IMG/VR virus record: IMGVR_UViG_2534681672_000003
Location: 1-56,022 of that record
DNA length: 56,022 bases
DNA from: a virus
Taxonomy: Duplodnaviria > Heunggongvirae > Uroviricota > Caudoviricetes
Direction: 5' to 3' (one strand)
Shown: positions 40,416 through 49,685 of the stretch, piece by piece
Layout: every line of letters begins with the position of its first letter
How positions within the stretch are numbered: the first letter of the stretch is position 1
Made by a program: the position numbers and the translations under genes
The notes under the pieces: model-generated
What the model saw: only the letters and a program-made list of their open reading frames with translations
What the model was told of the DNA's origin: nothing
The model's database searches: none

Positions 40416-40940
40416 ATGAAGTTATGGCCTGTGTTGACTGGCATTGCACTCTCTTTCACTCTTATAGCATGTAAGGCCCCGACACCACCTAAAGGTGTGC
40501 AGCCGATTACAAATTTTGACGCCAACCGCTACCTCGGAAAATGGTATGAAATAGCTCGCCTCGAGAACCGGTTCGAACGTGGTCTGGAACAGGTCAGCGC
40601 TACCTATGGAAAACGGAACGACGGAGGGATTCGTGTACTTAACCGTGGATACGATCCAACGAAAAATAAATGGAGCGAGAGCGAAGGTAAAGCATACTTT
40701 ACTGGAGATACTAAAACTGCAGCGTTGAAGGTTTCGTTTTTTGGCCCCTTCTATGGTGGCTATAATGTAATCAAACTGGATGATGAGTATAAGTATGCTC
40801 TTGTCAGTGGTCCGAACAGAGAATACCTATGGATTCTGGCAAGGACCCCAACTATTCCAGATAAAGTAAAAGCAGACTATGTGCGAACCGCTCAAAAGTT
40901 GGGATTCAATGTCAATGAATTATTATGGGTTAAACAATAA
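40416..40940 (+). CDS. blc: bacterial lipocalin Blc-like outer-membrane lipoprotein
   Basis: 174-aa ORF with lipobox LIAC. The lipocalin signature is FDANRYLGKWYEIARLENRFERG. Confidence 0.85.
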   Translation: MKLWPVLTGIALSFTLIACKAPTPPKGVQPITNFDANRYLGKWYEIARLENRFERGLEQVSATYGKRNDGGIRVLNRGYDPTKNKWSESEGKAYFTGDTKTAALKVSFFGPFYGGYNVIKLDDEYKYALVSGPNREYLWILARTPTIPDKVKADYVRTAQKLGFNVNELLWVKQ

Positions 40941-40967
40941 AATCCCTACCCGAAATAATACTTATTA

Positions 40968-40996
40968 GAAAAAAACCAGCCTTTGGGGAGGCTGGC
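40968..40996 (-). terminator. rho-independent terminator downstream of Q (tR'-like)
   Basis: The minus strand reads CCAGCCTCCCCAAAGGCTGG followed by TTTTTTT. It lies about 100 nt after the Q stop, where PR'/qut/tR' are expected. Confidence 0.65.
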
Positions 40997-41095
40997 TAAA
41001 TCAGGAAACAAGCTGTTATATGATAATAACTACGTTGCGATTCCAACATTTAAAATGTTAGACTAATGAGAATCAGACAGCAACTTTTCCTTTAA

Positions 41096-41473
41096 TTATT
41101 TCGAACAATCAGCATCCATCTCCAATCGGAGATCCAACACCATCAGCATACCCTCCACTACGCCCTCAGCTTTCTGGAGCATCCTGCCAACCCAACAATC
41201 AGATCGCCCATGCTTACGTGCAAGCGCCATAAAAGTCATGCCGCCGACATAATAGTCCACCAATAAATCATGCAAATCGCTGTTGTTCTTTTTCAGACGG
41301 GCCATGCACCCGCAAATGATCATCGCGTCATCGTCACAACATTGCGGGCGAGATTTTACTTTTGAAGGAATTAATCCCTTAAAACCGGCGGCAATGGACG
41401 ACCAGGTCACATCTTCATGATTATTAGCCGCCCACGCTCCCCAACGCTCAAGAACCATCTGAATATCACGCAT
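41096..41473 (-). CDS. quuD: late antiterminator Q (DLP12 QuuD / phage 82 type)
   Basis: [62 protein letters not shown]... matches QuuD by recall. Confidence 0.88.
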   Translation of the reverse strand: MRDIQMVLERWGAWAANNHEDVTWSSIAAGFKGLIPSKVKSRPQCCDDDAMIICGCMARLKKNNSDLHDLLVDYYVGGMTFMALARKHGRSDCWVGRMLQKAEGVVEGMLMVLDLRLEMDADCSK

Positions 41474-41558
41474 CAACTTACTCCACAAAACTCAGACCAG
41501 AACGCCAATTACAAGCAAAAATCAACAAAACAGTATTAGTTGATTGTTATCTCTGACT

Positions 41559-41696
41559 TCATACTCCTGCTCCTGTCAGTGTTTTGGCGTAATTCTTCAG
41601 TATTCGGTAATCGGTCAAAACAGAGCCGGGGAAACGATATAAGCGCAGACGCCCCCAGCGGTGGCGAAGAAGTTCTGCCATATTAAACTCAAACAT
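41559..41696 (-). CDS. ylcG: YlcG-like small protein
   Basis: [45 protein letters not shown], read by hand. It is below the ORF-track cutoff. Confidence 0.6.
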   Translation of the reverse strand: MFEFNMAELLRHRWGRLRLYRFPGSVLTDYRILKNYAKTLTGAGV

Positions 41697-42058
41697 CATT
41701 CATTCCCCATTTCGGTGATGGTCAGTTCCAGCCTCCCACCTTTGGTAACAGGCATCTTCACAACGCGGTAATCAACGACCTGAGCATCATCCAGCCAGAA
41801 ACCTGCTTTAGTGAGTGCGTCAAAAGCGGCTTTTTGCAGATTATCCAGGTCACGGCTACGGCAATCCGGCATGTGGCACTCAATGCGGATTTTCACAGGC
41901 ATAGCCAGGCCGATATCCAGCATTGCGTTTTTAATGATTCGGGCGACGTTATCGCGGTATGCCTGCCCCTCTGCACTGACGTGCGTGCGCCCGCGATTAT
42001 GGCGGTAATAGCGATTATTGCTCGGAGGCCAGGGTAATGTGATACTGTAGGTATTCAC
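41696..42058 (-). CDS. rusA: RusA Holliday-junction resolvase
   Basis: 120-aa [45 protein letters not shown]..., matching DLP12 RusA. Confidence 0.92.
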   Translation of the reverse strand: MNTYSITLPWPPSNNRYYRHNRGRTHVSAEGQAYRDNVARIIKNAMLDIGLAMPVKIRIECHMPDCRSRDLDNLQKAAFDALTKAGFWLDDAQVVDYRVVKMPVTKGGRLELTITEMGNE

Positions 42059-42345
42059 GCCTTAATAACCCCCTCTTTCAGCCAGATAACCTGTGTTCTC
42101 GCCATACCTTCCAGCGCGCATTCTTTTGCATATGCAGCATCGACAAAATGTGTGCGGCGGTCGATTTCGTCGTGGCAGGCAGAACATGCAATGGTGGCAA
42201 TCAGGTCTGGCGGTTTGATACCGGTACCGCACAATCCAGCCAGCCGGATATGTGCCAGTACAGACGTTTCAGAATTGCCATTACATACGCCAGGGATTCT
42301 TACCTGGCATTCCCGACCACGCGCTGCTTTTCTCAAATCAGCCAT
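42055..42345 (-). CDS. ybcO: YbcO (DUF1364) protein
   Basis: Start at [37 protein letters not shown]...; 96 aa. Confidence 0.85.
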   Translation of the reverse strand: MADLRKAARGRECQVRIPGVCNGNSETSVLAHIRLAGLCGTGIKPPDLIATIACSACHDEIDRRTHFVDAAYAKECALEGMARTQVIWLKEGVIKA

Positions 42346-42508
42346 GACTCCTCCTTGCTGCCAGTCGCAACCATTTTTTATCAACCAAGCTGGCGGTATA
42401 TCCGAGCAGTGTTGGTATTTCGGATGGCTTCAGCTCAGGTTTACGCTTACGACGATTTGGTACTCTGTAGATGTGTCCGTTCATGACACGAATAAGCGGT
42501 GTAGCCAT
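42338..42508 (-). CDS. ninE: NinE
   Basis: Hand-translated as [56 protein letters not shown]. Both neighbours overlap it. Confidence 0.75.
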   Translation of the reverse strand: MATPLIRVMNGHIYRVPNRRKRKPELKPSEIPTLLGYTASLVDKKWLRLAARRSHG

Positions 42509-42963
42509 TACGCCTCCTGCTTGTCGCGGAGCAGCTGGAACTCGCAGCTCTGCGGAATAGTCAGGTGGCAGCCAATATTCACCGCCCAGGCTTCAACCTT
42601 ACACAGGAAGACATACATCTCTCCGGTATCAAGATCGGAGGTATGGCGTAACGACTGGATAGTGGTGATATCACCGGTTACGACATCAACCAGGTCTTTG
42701 GTTTCATAACCGAGATATGTGTGTTTGAGAGCATCTTTTACCCAAGCTGGAGTGGCGAACGTTTTACCCTTGCTGATGAGGTATTCACTGATTTCGCTGT
42801 ACCACATGTGGCTGAGTGCATTCTGGGAAAGACTGCGTCTCTCGCGCCACGGTTTAAGCACCATGCGAAAGCATTTGCCGTCCTCCAGATAAGGCTGGAT
42901 CTGCCGACCGATAGCGGTGAAGTTACCGCGATGCAATTTGATACCATCTTGTGGGAGGTTCAC
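42508..42963 (-). CDS. ninB: NinB/YbcN recombination protein
   Basis: 151-aa [58 protein letters not shown]... Confidence 0.88.
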   Translation of the reverse strand: MNLPQDGIKLHRGNFTAIGRQIQPYLEDGKCFRMVLKPWRERRSLSQNALSHMWYSEISEYLISKGKTFATPAWVKDALKHTYLGYETKDLVDVVTGDITTIQSLRHTSDLDTGEMYVFLCKVEAWAVNIGCHLTIPQSCEFQLLRDKQEA

Positions 42964-43155
42964 GCTTCACCTCCGCAGAGATCAAACGCTGGATGCAAAA
43001 TATCGCAGGTGCATTTCTGCATCTGAGAATGGAGAAGAGAGGTTGGATTGTATGTGCGCATAAACGTCCCCGTTTAGCGCAGAAGTCACCGGAGGAGTTC
43101 AAACTCCGGTGACTTAATTATGGCAAGTTGATTGTTGAAAATCAATTTAGTGGAT

Positions 43156-43938
43156 TTAGGCGCAATACAAAGGATCATTAGCAGCTCTAATACCGCCCTG
43201 AATCGCAAGCCCTGTATGGCAATTTGACATTGAGCATGATTGCCATCTGTGCAAGCGACCTCCATTAATCGAAACTTCCAGCAGATCTTTATCTCCTTTC
43301 ATCCTGACCCCTTCATACAACATATCAAGACGCTCAACAATCAATCCTGTTGGAGGTTCCATTTTTAGAACGAGGGCAAACTCTCCTGGCCCACGTCGTA
43401 TTGTTATACGCGGGCCGGTACACTCCACATCCCAATTGTCTGATTTAGCTTTCCATTCATTTTCATCTATCAGTAAAGTCTCCTTACCAATAGAATTACA
43501 GAAAATTCCTGATAAAAGCATCGGTCCATGTGGTATGGGTGAAGGTTTCACAGAAAGAATGGGTTGTTCATTGACTACAATCAAATTTTGACAGTTATGA
43601 AACGTCACTCCTGCAAATTTTACTGTTATAGGCTCATTATGAAAATCAAACATTTCATTTGCAAAACCAGCCTGTAAGCACTTGGGATTTCTGTCAGCTA
43701 TTTCCACTGTCTGTGCTGAAAGTCTACCACGAGCTCTTTTTTGATTGCATTGGGAGCAAAGAAGTGTCATTCCATTCGGATCATGTACTTTGGCATCAAC
43801 GAAGTCAGGTTTAAAATGCTCATAATCATAAAATCCAAATCCACAAATTACACAGCCAAAGCCGCACCTTTGCCTTATCTGACGTTTTATTGTCTCAGGT
43901 ATTCTTCTTGAGAGCCCGTGTTTATTAATATTGTCCAT
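43156..43938 (-). CDS. HNH-motif protein with an unknown C-terminal domain
   Basis: 260-aa ORF. The N-terminus CGFGCVICG...YEHF...HDPNGMTLLCSQCNQKRA follows the CxxC...H...N...CxxC HNH layout. The gene is AT-rich. Confidence 0.6.
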   Translation of the reverse strand: MDNINKHGLSRRIPETIKRQIRQRCGFGCVICGFGFYDYEHFKPDFVDAKVHDPNGMTLLCSQCNQKRARGRLSAQTVEIADRNPKCLQAGFANEMFDFHNEPITVKFAGVTFHNCQNLIVVNEQPILSVKPSPIPHGPMLLSGIFCNSIGKETLLIDENEWKAKSDNWDVECTGPRITIRRGPGEFALVLKMEPPTGLIVERLDMLYEGVRMKGDKDLLEVSINGGRLHRWQSCSMSNCHTGLAIQGGIRAANDPLYCA

Positions 43939-44112
43939 ATGGTTAGTACGCTATAAGTTTGTTTCTATAATTTTACCACAATAGATAAGTTTGTATCAGA
44001 AATCGCTATATGGAGTGAGCGGAATATTTATATTATTCATGCAATTGCTCTCCCGTACGCAGCCCGCACTTCCGTCATCGCAGAATGACGGAAGCCTTAC
44101 TAACTAGCGCCT

Positions 44113-44436
44113 TTATTGAAACAGATTCTGAGGTAAATGCGGCAATACTCGACTCCACTTATCATCCTGCCACGGCTGAAGTTTTACATGTGCCGTTTCT
44201 CGGACGAGGATTGCTCGCGCTCTGTTGAGTATCTGGGGATATTCTTGCTCGATGGAAGTGAAGTGACCAGCTTCACCATGCTCCGCATCCTGAAGAAGAT
44301 GAGTAACGTTCTGGTAGGCAATTAACATCACATTCCCTGCTCGCCATAACCAGGCGAGTGTGCAAAGTTCGTTATCAGTGAATTGTTTTGTGATTGGGGA
44401 TTGTTGAACTGCTAGAACGAGAACGCCAGCATCCAT
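44113..44436 (-). CDS. hypothetical protein
   Basis: 107-aa ORF with no recognised family. A 10-bp-stem hairpin at 44071-44096 follows it. Confidence 0.4.
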   Translation of the reverse strand: MDAGVLVLAVQQSPITKQFTDNELCTLAWLWRAGNVMLIAYQNVTHLLQDAEHGEAGHFTSIEQEYPQILNRARAILVRETAHVKLQPWQDDKWSRVLPHLPQNLFQ

Positions 44437-44547
44437 TGGCAGTCCCTATAGTAAAATCATAGCTCAGGACGCTTCGTTCAGGATAGATAATTTTATTGTA
44501 CTTACCTAACTTTCTTACTATAGCACGGTTGAAAAAGTGATTATTAC

Positions 44548-46074
44548 TCAAAAATAAACCTCACCATCAACCATATATTTGAGAGTACTTATCGCCTGCT
44601 GGGCGGATATTGTTTTCATTAAAGGATAGTGTTTAAAAACAATGCCATTCATAAAATAGATATCACAGGTTTTATTATCTGTATTGATTATGATTTTTTC
44701 GAATGTTTTATAGGCAAGTGTACGACATAGCTCTCGCCCATTTTTACTGGTTAAGTCAATAGCATGAAAATCACCAAGTGAGCTCACCGCTTTACTCTTC
44801 AAAGTTTTTAATGATACAGAAGCCCTTCGTAATTCCTTATCTAATACTCTGATTTTTTCTGCTATAGCGGTAACTTCAGGCGCAACAGATAATGCAGCAA
44901 TTAAATTATTAATTTTCATCTGAAGCTCAATAATTTTTAACTCTAAAGTTTCATTAGCATCTTTCTTGTTTTCAACTGGTTGAATTTTGCTACAATTAAA
45001 AAGCAATTCATTAATGATATTATAATCAACCAAATCTCTTTTTATTGATGGCCTGTCACATCGATGTAATCTTCTCATCGGACAAACATAATAGCCATGC
45101 AAACTTCCAGATACCGCATGAACAATCATGGTATTACCACAAGCCTCACACTTCATAACTGTTCGAAGTAGATTTATTAGCATAGGATTCTTGCTACTAT
45201 TGCTAATACCAAAAGGTGCCAACCGAATTTCCTGTACAGCGTAAAACAAATCATCTGATATGACTCTGGGATAATAGCCAGCGATTTCACTTATCCCTTT
45301 CCCTCTTGCACGATATGAAGGTACGCATATACCTATCAGAGCTTTATTCGCTAATAATTTTTCAATTACAGAAGGTCCCCATGCACTTTCTTTTCCTGAG
45401 AAATTCTTTACAGCATGATCATTTAAATACTTGGCTATTGCATTCAATGAGCGCCTTTCCATCCTGAGTTTAAAAATTAGCTCAATAGTTTTCACCCTGT
45501 CGGGGTCTGGAACAAAAGCCGTTCTTTTGTCATCCAATGAGAGCCATCTCGGACAAGACGCCGTCATAATCGTACCTGATTCCAGTGCATCCTGCCGTTT
45601 TTTCTTCCATGATAATTTAACCCGACTTGACTTTATCTCGCTTTCTTCATTTGCCCTTTGTGCTATAAGTATGGCTTTTATTAATGAATATGGCTCATTC
45701 AAAGAGTCAATATTATAGACTGTATTGTCGCAAAGAGTTATAACATCAATACCGTGATTCAAAATCAATTTCAGACGTTCAATCGCTTCACCGACTTTTT
45801 CTCTTGAAAGTCTGTCCAGACTTTCAACTAACAATGTAGTTCCTGGCAATATATAACCATGCTCTATAGCATCTAAAAATTCCGAAAAAGCTCCTGATTG
45901 TGCATGCTTTCCTTTGAATGCACTTAATCCTAAATCTTCATATGTTATGGTATCAAGATAATAATCACTATTTACCTTTAACCATTCAGCAATAAGTCTT
46001 CTCTGTCGGTTTAATGAGTCACCAGACATCTGACCTGGTGATGAAAATCGCATATATGCTATGGCTTTTTTCAT
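44548..46074 (-). CDS. ybcK: large serine recombinase (DLP12 YbcK-like)
   Basis: 508 aa. The N-terminal resolvase domain AIAYMRFSSPGQ...SLNRQ...ESLDRLSRE carries the catalytic Ser context, followed by a recombinase domain and a Cys-rich zinc-ribbon region. Confidence 0.85.
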   Translation of the reverse strand: MKKAIAYMRFSSPGQMSGDSLNRQRRLIAEWLKVNSDYYLDTITYEDLGLSAFKGKHAQSGAFSEFLDAIEHGYILPGTTLLVESLDRLSREKVGEAIERLKLILNHGIDVITLCDNTVYNIDSLNEPYSLIKAILIAQRANEESEIKSSRVKLSWKKKRQDALESGTIMTASCPRWLSLDDKRTAFVPDPDRVKTIELIFKLRMERRSLNAIAKYLNDHAVKNFSGKESAWGPSVIEKLLANKALIGICVPSYRARGKGISEIAGYYPRVISDDLFYAVQEIRLAPFGISNSSKNPMLINLLRTVMKCEACGNTMIVHAVSGSLHGYYVCPMRRLHRCDRPSIKRDLVDYNIINELLFNCSKIQPVENKKDANETLELKIIELQMKINNLIAALSVAPEVTAIAEKIRVLDKELRRASVSLKTLKSKAVSSLGDFHAIDLTSKNGRELCRTLAYKTFEKIIINTDNKTCDIYFMNGIVFKHYPLMKTISAQQAISTLKYMVDGEVYF

Positions 46075-46328
46075 GGTGACACCTGCTAACGTATGCTTTT
46101 ATAAACCTTAGTGGTGGGATATAATTTTTGTTTAATTTTTATTTAAAAAGACAATTAAGGTCACATTATCTTGAATATACAACAATAATCGTATTGCAAT
46201 TTTCTTACGCCATAATCTTGAAAGCACAAAAGAATACATAAAAAATAAAGACATTAACAAAAAGCATAAAACGAGGCTCATATAAATATAAGAGCCTCCA
46301 TATTTTAGTCGTTTAGAAACAAATTATT

Positions 46329-46661
46329 TTAATGTGGTGTGCTTCGTGACAATAAATTAATAACCAACACACCGGCACAAATCAACATCATGCCTATAAT
46401 GGCTGGCAGGTCCAGCCGTTGGCCGAAAAGTCCCCATGACAGTAAGCTAATCAGGACAATACCGACTCCTGACCAGATAGCATAAGCAATCCCTGTAGGA
46501 ATATAAGCCAGCGTCTGAGCTAATAACCAGAATGATGCACAATAACAAATAATTGTACCAACAGATGGCCATAACCGTGTAAAACCTTCTGAAAACTTCA
46601 TTAAGGTTGTACCAATGACCTCTGCAAGTATTGCACCACCAAGATAAATATAAGGGTTCAT
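46329..46661 (-). CDS. emrE: SMR multidrug efflux transporter EmrE
   Basis: MNPYIYLGGAILAEVIGTTLMKFSEGFTRLWPSVGTIICYCASFWLLAQTL...; 110 aa, as for DLP12 emrE. Confidence 0.92.
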   Translation of the reverse strand: MNPYIYLGGAILAEVIGTTLMKFSEGFTRLWPSVGTIICYCASFWLLAQTLAYIPTGIAYAIWSGVGIVLISLLSWGLFGQRLDLPAIIGMMLICAGVLVINLLSRSTPH

Positions 46662-46728
46662 AGCATATTCTTTCCTGTTCAAACTGGAGAGAATTGTACT
46701 ACAGTTTGAACTCAACTCACCTGTTTCA

Positions 46729-47031
46729 TCATTGTGTACCCATTGATGTTCTTTTATATACCCTCAATACCCGTTTCATCGCGGCACTCTGGCGACACTC
46801 CTTAAAAATCAGATTCGTGCTCACCTTTCCTTCCCGTTCTTCTCTGGTAGCGAACCGGTAATACACCGTTCGCCAGACCTTACCATCAACGACCAGGATT
46901 CCTGCCCGCGCCATTTTAGCCGCAGCCTGATTTATGCTGGTTACGGTTGCGCCTGTTACCGCGGCAACGTCCTGCGCACAGAAGTTCTTATGAGTCCCCA
47001 GGTAATGAATAATTGCCTCTTTGCCCGTCAT
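46729..47031 (-). CDS. ren: Ren
   Basis: MTGKEAIIHYLGTHKNFCAQDVAAVTGATVTSINQAAAKMARAGILVVDGKVWRTVYYRFATREERE... matches lambda Ren. Confidence 0.88.
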   Translation of the reverse strand: MTGKEAIIHYLGTHKNFCAQDVAAVTGATVTSINQAAAKMARAGILVVDGKVWRTVYYRFATREEREGKVSTNLIFKECRQSAAMKRVLRVYKRTSMGTQ

Positions 47032-47729
47032 ACACTTGCTCCTTTAAGCCCAAACTTAGCTTTGATTTCTGCGATCTTCGCCAGAGCCTGTGCACGATTT
47101 AGAGGTCTACCGCCCATGACAGGAAGTTGTTTTACTGGTTCAGGTATAGCCTCACCACGGTTAATTCGCGCTGTCATACAGGTCAGTTCATCGGCAGCCT
47201 TGCGCCGTAATTCCGCGTCAGTCAGCGCATTGGCTCGCATGTTCTGGTACAGGTTGGTAACCAGCCAGTAGTGCGCGTTCGATTTCCATGGATAAGACTC
47301 TGCGTCCGGATACAGGCCACGCTTCCGGCAATACTCGTAAACCATATCAACCAGCTCGCTGGCGTTTGGCAGCCCGGCGGTAATGGATGCTTCTTCCCGG
47401 CACCAGGCGACAAACTGCCCGGGTGATGGCAGGAATGGTCGATTCTGCCGACGGGCTACGCGCATTCCTGCGTTAACCTGTTCCATTGTGGTGATCCCGT
47501 TTTCCCGGAAAGCCAGCACCCACTGGCGGCGGATTTCGTTCAGTTCGTTCTGGTCCCGGTTAGCCAGGCTCGCCGGGAAAGTTGCTAGTAACTGGCTGAA
47601 CACACCATTGATGATCTGCGCTACCTGTTGTACCTGCGGCTTTTCGTCGTACTGTTCCGGCATGTTGTTGGCGATCCGACGCATCTGCTCACGGTCAAAG
47701 TTAACCATCTGTGCGGCGATGTTTTTCAT
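47028..47729 (-). CDS. P: replication protein P (DnaB loader)
   Basis: 233-aa ORF, MKNIAAQMVNFDREQMRRIANNMPEQYDEKPQVQQVAQIINGVFSQ... Confidence 0.93.
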   Translation of the reverse strand: MKNIAAQMVNFDREQMRRIANNMPEQYDEKPQVQQVAQIINGVFSQLLATFPASLANRDQNELNEIRRQWVLAFRENGITTMEQVNAGMRVARRQNRPFLPSPGQFVAWCREEASITAGLPNASELVDMVYEYCRKRGLYPDAESYPWKSNAHYWLVTNLYQNMRANALTDAELRRKAADELTCMTARINRGEAIPEPVKQLPVMGGRPLNRAQALAKIAEIKAKFGLKGASV

Positions 47730-48655
47730 AGCTCCACCCCGTAAATCCAGTCAGTGTTCGTCAGGTCGAGTTTTGGTTTGCTGGCTATCACGCCTGCCTG
47801 TTGCTTGTTACGGTTGATTTCGAGTTGGGTCCACTTATCGCGGAGTTTGGCCGGGCTCAGCACGTTACCGGACCAGAAGTTGTCCTGGCATGCCCAGCGG
47901 AACAGCACGCACATGTCGCGGTGGTTACGTCCGTCACGTTCACGCATCAGGCGGATATCGTTAGCCCACCCAGCAAAATTCGGTTTTCTGGCTGATGGTG
48001 CGATAGTCTTCACCATGTCAAACATCCACTCTGCGGCGGTCAGGTCTTCTGCTGTCCCCCACTTGCTGCCGCTCTGAATTGCAGCATCCGGTTTCACCAC
48101 AGGAAGATCGTTTTCTGGCTGGTCAGAGGATTCGCCAGAATTCTCGGACGAAAAAGGTTTTATATTGTCTTTTGTTAGTTTGTCTTTTGTGTTTACCTGA
48201 TTCGGGTAAACGCCTTTACCTGATTTGGGTAAACTTTTCTTACCTGATTCAGGTAAATTTACCTCTTTCAGGTAAACTTTATTTTTCTTACCTGATTCGG
48301 GTAATGTTGACCATTCACTGACCACATTATTAATGCCGATATTCCGCCCGCTCTGAATAAGAATCCCACGCTTTACCAGAACGCTTTTTGCAGCAGAACA
48401 CTTGTGCGGCAATATCCCGGTCAATTCGGAAAGTTGCTCGTTGCTCACCCAATCCAGTCTTTTATTAAAGCCATATGTTTTGCGCATGACAGCCAGAAAG
48501 ACCAGAAGCTGGTGCTGTGTTAATCCGGTCAGCATCACAGCTTCCAGCAACTCATTTGCAATGCGCGTATAACCATCATCGAGATCTGCCACGCGCGGCT
48601 CCTTTTGTGCCGCATCCGGCACTGGAAAATTGAATATCTCAGCAGTGTTTGCCAT
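47726..48655 (-). CDS. O: replication initiator O (hybrid: divergent N-terminal DNA-binding part, lambda-like C-terminus)
   Basis: Start at MANTAEIFNF. The C-terminal part SSENSGESSDQPENDL...TNTDWIYGVEL is lambda-like. The iterons lie inside the gene. Confidence 0.88.
   Translation of the reverse strand: MANTAEIFNFPVPDAAQKEPRVADLDDGYTRIANELLEAVMLTGLTQHQLLVFLAVMRKTYGFNKRLDWVSNEQLSELTGILPHKCSAAKSVLVKRGILIQSGRNIGINNVVSEWSTLPESGKKNKVYLKEVNLPESGKKSLPKSGKGVYPNQVNTKDKLTKDNIKPFSSENSGESSDQPENDLPVVKPDAAIQSGSKWGTAEDLTAAEWMFDMVKTIAPSARKPNFAGWANDIRLMRERDGRNHRDMCVLFRWACQDNFWSGNVLSPAKLRDKWTQLEINRNKQQAGVIASKPKLDLTNTDWIYGVEL
48192..48305. repeat. ori: prophage ori: five iterons (T/C)TTACC-N7-GGTAA(A) within O
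   Basis: Copies begin at 48192, 48215, 48239, 48258 and 48288. An AT-rich stretch follows. Confidence 0.85.
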
Positions 48656-48741
48656 AATTCCTCCCGCAATGAGTGTGTTACGATTTGCACCTGAAAGTCG
48701 GTTCTGTTCCAGCAGACCGGCTTTCGCCATTTCTGAACCTG

Positions 48742-49281
48742 TCATATCGCCCCCAGCATGGTAGTAACCATCGCCATCAATGGACCAGCCAGATCTGGGT
48801 CCACACGAAACATCGACACAATACCTTCACTAATTTCCTTCAGTTTCTGGTGGCGTGGTGCGTTGAGAATGACAGCCTGTTTTGCCTCACTGAGTTCCTT
48901 TTCCATTTCAGCCAACCTAGCCATGAAGCTATCCTGCTCAACCAGGTAACCGCGATATTCCAGCGGTAGTACCGCCAGAATTGCCGGGGTCAGTTCACGC
49001 ACGTTATTTCGGTATTTTTCAGAATCGAATTTGTTATCGAGGAAGCGGAACAGCTTCTGGCGTGCACGGCTGACATCATCAGGGAAATCGATGGTGCCGC
49101 CGCCCTGCTCCCGATACTCATTCACAATGAGTGTGGCAACGACATCCTGATTATCTACAGCCGACCAGGCGCGGACGGCATCACGGATTTTTTCGTGGCC
49201 TGGCACCTGTTTTGTTTGAGAACGATTTATCACCGCAGTCGGGCTAAATCCGCTAGTCTGTTGGTATGTAAGTGGTTGCAT
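48742..49281 (-). CDS. CII-position regulatory protein (possibly the CP76/186-CII-like family)
   Basis: 179-aa ORF between cro and O. The family assignment rests only on position and a weak resemblance at the C-terminal end. Confidence 0.4.
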   Translation of the reverse strand: MQPLTYQQTSGFSPTAVINRSQTKQVPGHEKIRDAVRAWSAVDNQDVVATLIVNEYREQGGGTIDFPDDVSRARQKLFRFLDNKFDSEKYRNNVRELTPAILAVLPLEYRGYLVEQDSFMARLAEMEKELSEAKQAVILNAPRHQKLKEISEGIVSMFRVDPDLAGPLMAMVTTMLGAI

Positions 49282-49350
49282 AATTGACTCCTTTAGTTTG
49301 AATTGACTGTTAAGTTGATTGCTTATTGTTAAAGAGCGTGAAATGGAAAT

Positions 49351-49581
49351 TTAAGCTGCGTTCTTTTCGGTGTGTGGAAACAACTTCGGAAGATCCGGGC
49401 GAATCTGGTATGCCTTCACTACTCCACCAGTAGCCGTAACAATGCTGCCGACATGTTCAGGGGATACCTTTGCTTTGTTGTGAAGCCACTTATAGACGGC
49501 CTGCTGTGAAACTTCGCAAGCAGCGCCCAGTTTCTTTTGTGAACCAACGATATTGATCGCTGTTTTGATAGCTGGGTTCAT
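49351..49581 (-). CDS. cro: Cro-like HTH repressor
   Basis: 76 aa. The HTH is GSQKKLGAACEVSQQAVYKWLHN. The gene is divergent from cI. Confidence 0.8.
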   Translation of the reverse strand: MNPAIKTAINIVGSQKKLGAACEVSQQAVYKWLHNKAKVSPEHVGSIVTATGGVVKAYQIRPDLPKLFPHTEKNAA

Positions 49582-49685
49582 AACAACCTCCGTGGTTAAT
49601 TTGAATCAAGATTAAAACTATGGTTGTTTTTAGTCAACAACCATTTTCGTTTGATGGAATAAAACCTTGGTTGTACATTTGGACT
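49582..49685. promoter_or_regulatory. OR region with three operator-like sites (consensus about AAAACAACCATAGTTTT)
   Basis: The sites are AAAACTATGGTTGTTTT (49614-49630), a half-site-rich copy at about 49633-49649, and AAAACCTTGGTTGTACA (49661-49677). Confidence 0.6.

Noticed and set aside
41696-42058. RusA reads [12 protein letters not shown] where I recall HMPDRRRRDLDN in K-12, a possible functional variant
   Set aside because: My recollection of the reference is not reliable enough, and the catalytic Asp context (DLDN) is intact.
43091-43128. 11-bp-stem hairpin (AGTCACCGGAG...CTCCGGTGACT) as the terminator of the HNH gene
   Set aside because: It has no U-tract on the relevant strand. It may be a structural or REP-like element, and there is not enough support to annotate it.
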